Notes under the pieces: model-generated | Databases searched by the model: none | Seen by the model: only the letters and a program-made list of their open reading frames with translations | What the model was told of the DNA's origin: nothing | Assembly: GCA_016930075.1 (NCBI GenBank) | Contig: JAFGHS010000042.1 | Span: forward strand, 30,641-94,640 | Reading direction: 5' to 3' | DNA length: 64,000 nt | DNA from: Deltaproteobacteria bacterium | Lineage (GTDB): Bacteria > Desulfobacterota > Syntrophia > Syntrophales > JAFGHS01 | Shown here: positions 62,437 through 64,000 of the stretch, piece after piece | Layout of the letters: the number at the start of each line of letters is the position of its first letter | How positions within the stretch are numbered: position 1 is the stretch's first letter | Position numbers and translations under genes: made by a program

Positions 62437-62910
62437 TTAAATCCCCTTTTCCCGGAAAACGGCCCGGATGATGTCGAACAGGCCGATCATGCCGACAAGT
62501 TGACGGCGGGCATTCACGACCAGCATTTTTTCCAGGGAAAGTTTCGTCAATTCCCGGTAGGCTTTTTTTAAGGTCGTATCTTCGGCGATCGAGACGACGT
62601 TGCGATTCATGAAATCATCCACAATAGCGAGGAACCCCATTTCCGGCGGCACGTCGGAATCGAAGATGTCTTCATCTTCACGCTGAACAAAGGGCAGGGA
62701 AGACAGGATCCGCTGCAGGTCCCTCCCCTGAGGGGAAAAAAGGCCGATCAAATCTTCGATGGCTACGCGTCCCACGAGGATCATCCGGTCGTCCACGACC
62801 GGCACCATCGGCAAACTGTGAAACCGCTCGTAAGTTTTCAGCAGTCCGGACAGCGTCGTGCTCCTTGTGACGTACTGGACGTCCGTCAGCATAACGTCTT
62901 TCACAATCAT
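62437..62910 (-). CDS. CBS domain protein
   Basis: VKDVM, PVVD...LVG, VDDFM, LVGMI..FDI (tandem CBS pair). Confidence 0.88.
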   Translation of the reverse strand: MIVKDVMLTDVQYVTRSTTLSGLLKTYERFHSLPMVPVVDDRMILVGRVAIEDLIGLFSPQGRDLQRILSSLPFVQREDEDIFDSDVPPEMGFLAIVDDFMNRNVVSIAEDTTLKKAYRELTKLSLEKMLVVNARRQLVGMIGLFDIIRAVFREKGI

Positions 62911-63350
62911 GGCGCCGCCTCATTTTCCGTTTGCCCCGTGAGGGTCCGCCAGGCGCGGAGATATTTGGCGAAGCGCTCCAGATCCTGTTGCGTGATTCGA
63001 GCGAAGCGCCGGACGTCCATATTGTCTTCCAGATCGGCAATCTTGATTTTTTTTGTAACGGGGTTTCCGCAGGCCCTCTCGATCAGGGCCTCGTAAGATT
63101 CGCCGTCGCGTTTCGTCAGGCCGTCCACGGCGTCCACGATCTCTTCCGGAAAGCCTCGGTCGCGGAGCCTGTCGAGGGTCCAGGGCGTATCCTCCACAAT
63201 GTCGTGGAGAACGGCGACGATCTTTTCCGTTTCATTGTCCATGCGGCACATGATCCTTAAAGGGTGCAGGATGTACGGCTCTCCCGCCTTGTCCGACTGC
63301 CCTTTATGGGCCTGCACAGCGATTTCTATGGCGTCTTCGAGTGACGGCAT
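62907..63350 (-). CDS. Stand-alone RelA/SpoT-type HD domain protein (small alarmone hydrolase-like)
   Basis: AH.GQ.DK.GEPYI.HP, AVLHDIVEDT, K.ADLEDN. ATGA overlap with CBS gene. Confidence 0.85.
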   Translation of the reverse strand: MPSLEDAIEIAVQAHKGQSDKAGEPYILHPLRIMCRMDNETEKIVAVLHDIVEDTPWTLDRLRDRGFPEEIVDAVDGLTKRDGESYEALIERACGNPVTKKIKIADLEDNMDVRRFARITQQDLERFAKYLRAWRTLTGQTENEAAP

Positions 63351-63474
63351 CGGTATTTCCCTTTCGTACGGCTTTGCATATTGACGGTCCCGGTATATCT
63401 TAAACGCTTTCATCCCTGCGGTCTAAAAACAAGCGGATTACTGCGCACATATTGATTTTTTCATTACATGCCCG

Positions 63475-63607
63475 GAGAGCTTTGAATTTCCGTTTTTCCT
63501 GTCATTGCGAGGCGCAGAGCGCCGCGGAAATCTCTTGAATTGCCGGACGCTTTTAAGATTGCTTCGCTTCGCTCGCCATGACAAAAGAGGCGTTTTTCAA
63601 AGGTCTT
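63475..63607 (-). repeat. Palindromic REP/MITE-like intergenic element, copy E (inverted copy of A)
   Basis: Reverse complement reads aagacctttgaaaaacgcctcttttgtcatg...gcgaagcaatct...atgacaggaaaaacggaaattcaaag, matching 6199-6331 except in the central loop and a few stem positions. Confidence 0.85.
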
Positions 63608-63772
63608 GCCTGAATGATATGGATGATGGAGATTGGCGTCAAGAAAAAAATACGATTTCCCCGGCGACGGACGACGGTCTTCCCGCAAACGCAGCGAAGG
63701 CCGGTTGTGGTCAACCGGCCTTCGCCATTTTTTTCGACGCCGGGGAATTCGACGCCGTGGGGTGCGATGGTA

Positions 63773-64000
63773 TTATCCTCCAAATCCCGGCGGCTGGGAG
63801 AATCCCATGGCGATGGGAATATACGTTACGAGATCCTGGAAGATGTAAAGGATAATAATGACCACGAAGAACAGCAGAACCCAGGGGACGATCCACCGGA
63901 AGAGCTGGTTCACCGGCGTATTGGTCATGCCCGAGATGACAAAGACGGTTCCGCCGACGGGCGGCGTCAGGCCGCCGATGGCGCCCATGAGGACGATATA
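63773..64000 (-). CDS. TRAP transporter large permease (DctM family), C-terminal fragment, truncated by window
   Basis: IGGLTPPVG..FV signature followed by the final TM helix; frame open to the window end. Confidence 0.8.
   Translation of the reverse strand, partial: YIVLMGAIGGLTPPVGGTVFVISGMTNTPVNQLFRWIVPWVLLFFVVIIILYIFQDLVTYIPIAMGFSQPPGFGG

Noticed and set aside
63464-63688. Short ORFs spanning intergenic repeats (also 6267-6488)
   Set aside because: They are translations of the palindromic element, with no coding evidence.

Overview
GC-rich bacterial chromosome segment. The gene content (glycyl-radical enzyme, multi-PAS HD-GYP protein, OMPLA, TRAP transporter) fits an anaerobic Gram-negative deltaproteobacterium, possibly Syntrophales-like; this is inference. 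Left to right it holds: the 3' part of a glycyl-radical enzyme with its activase and hbd; an OYE-family flavoenzyme and an epoxide hydrolase; UPF0182, pldA and dapA; a trmH-cutA-glk-tkt-sbcD-sbcC-pgi operon; a CDF transporter; a solo groEL; two MacAB-TolC-type exporters, one with a PAS domain fused to the periplasmic adaptor; a Kef-type antiporter; and a 10-PAS HD-GYP protein. The right third is a stress/osmoadaptation-flavoured region (otsB, M23 peptidase, PgpH-like 7TM-HD, P-type ATPase, membrane-anchored otsA, GH15, antiporter, CBS, HD). The best candidate for an undescribed system is a four-gene minus-strand cluster at 51.9-56.8 kb: an opine dehydrogenase, a single-chain glutamate-mutase-like B12 enzyme, an asparagine-synthetase paralog lacking the catalytic Cys1 (as in beta-lactam synthetases), and a MarC membrane protein. 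It may make an unknown opine-derived lactam or amide. Five GTCAT...ATGAC palindromic REP/MITE-like elements and two orphan Cys-rich secreted proteins also occur. No rRNA, tRNA, transposase, integrase or true CRISPR array was seen.
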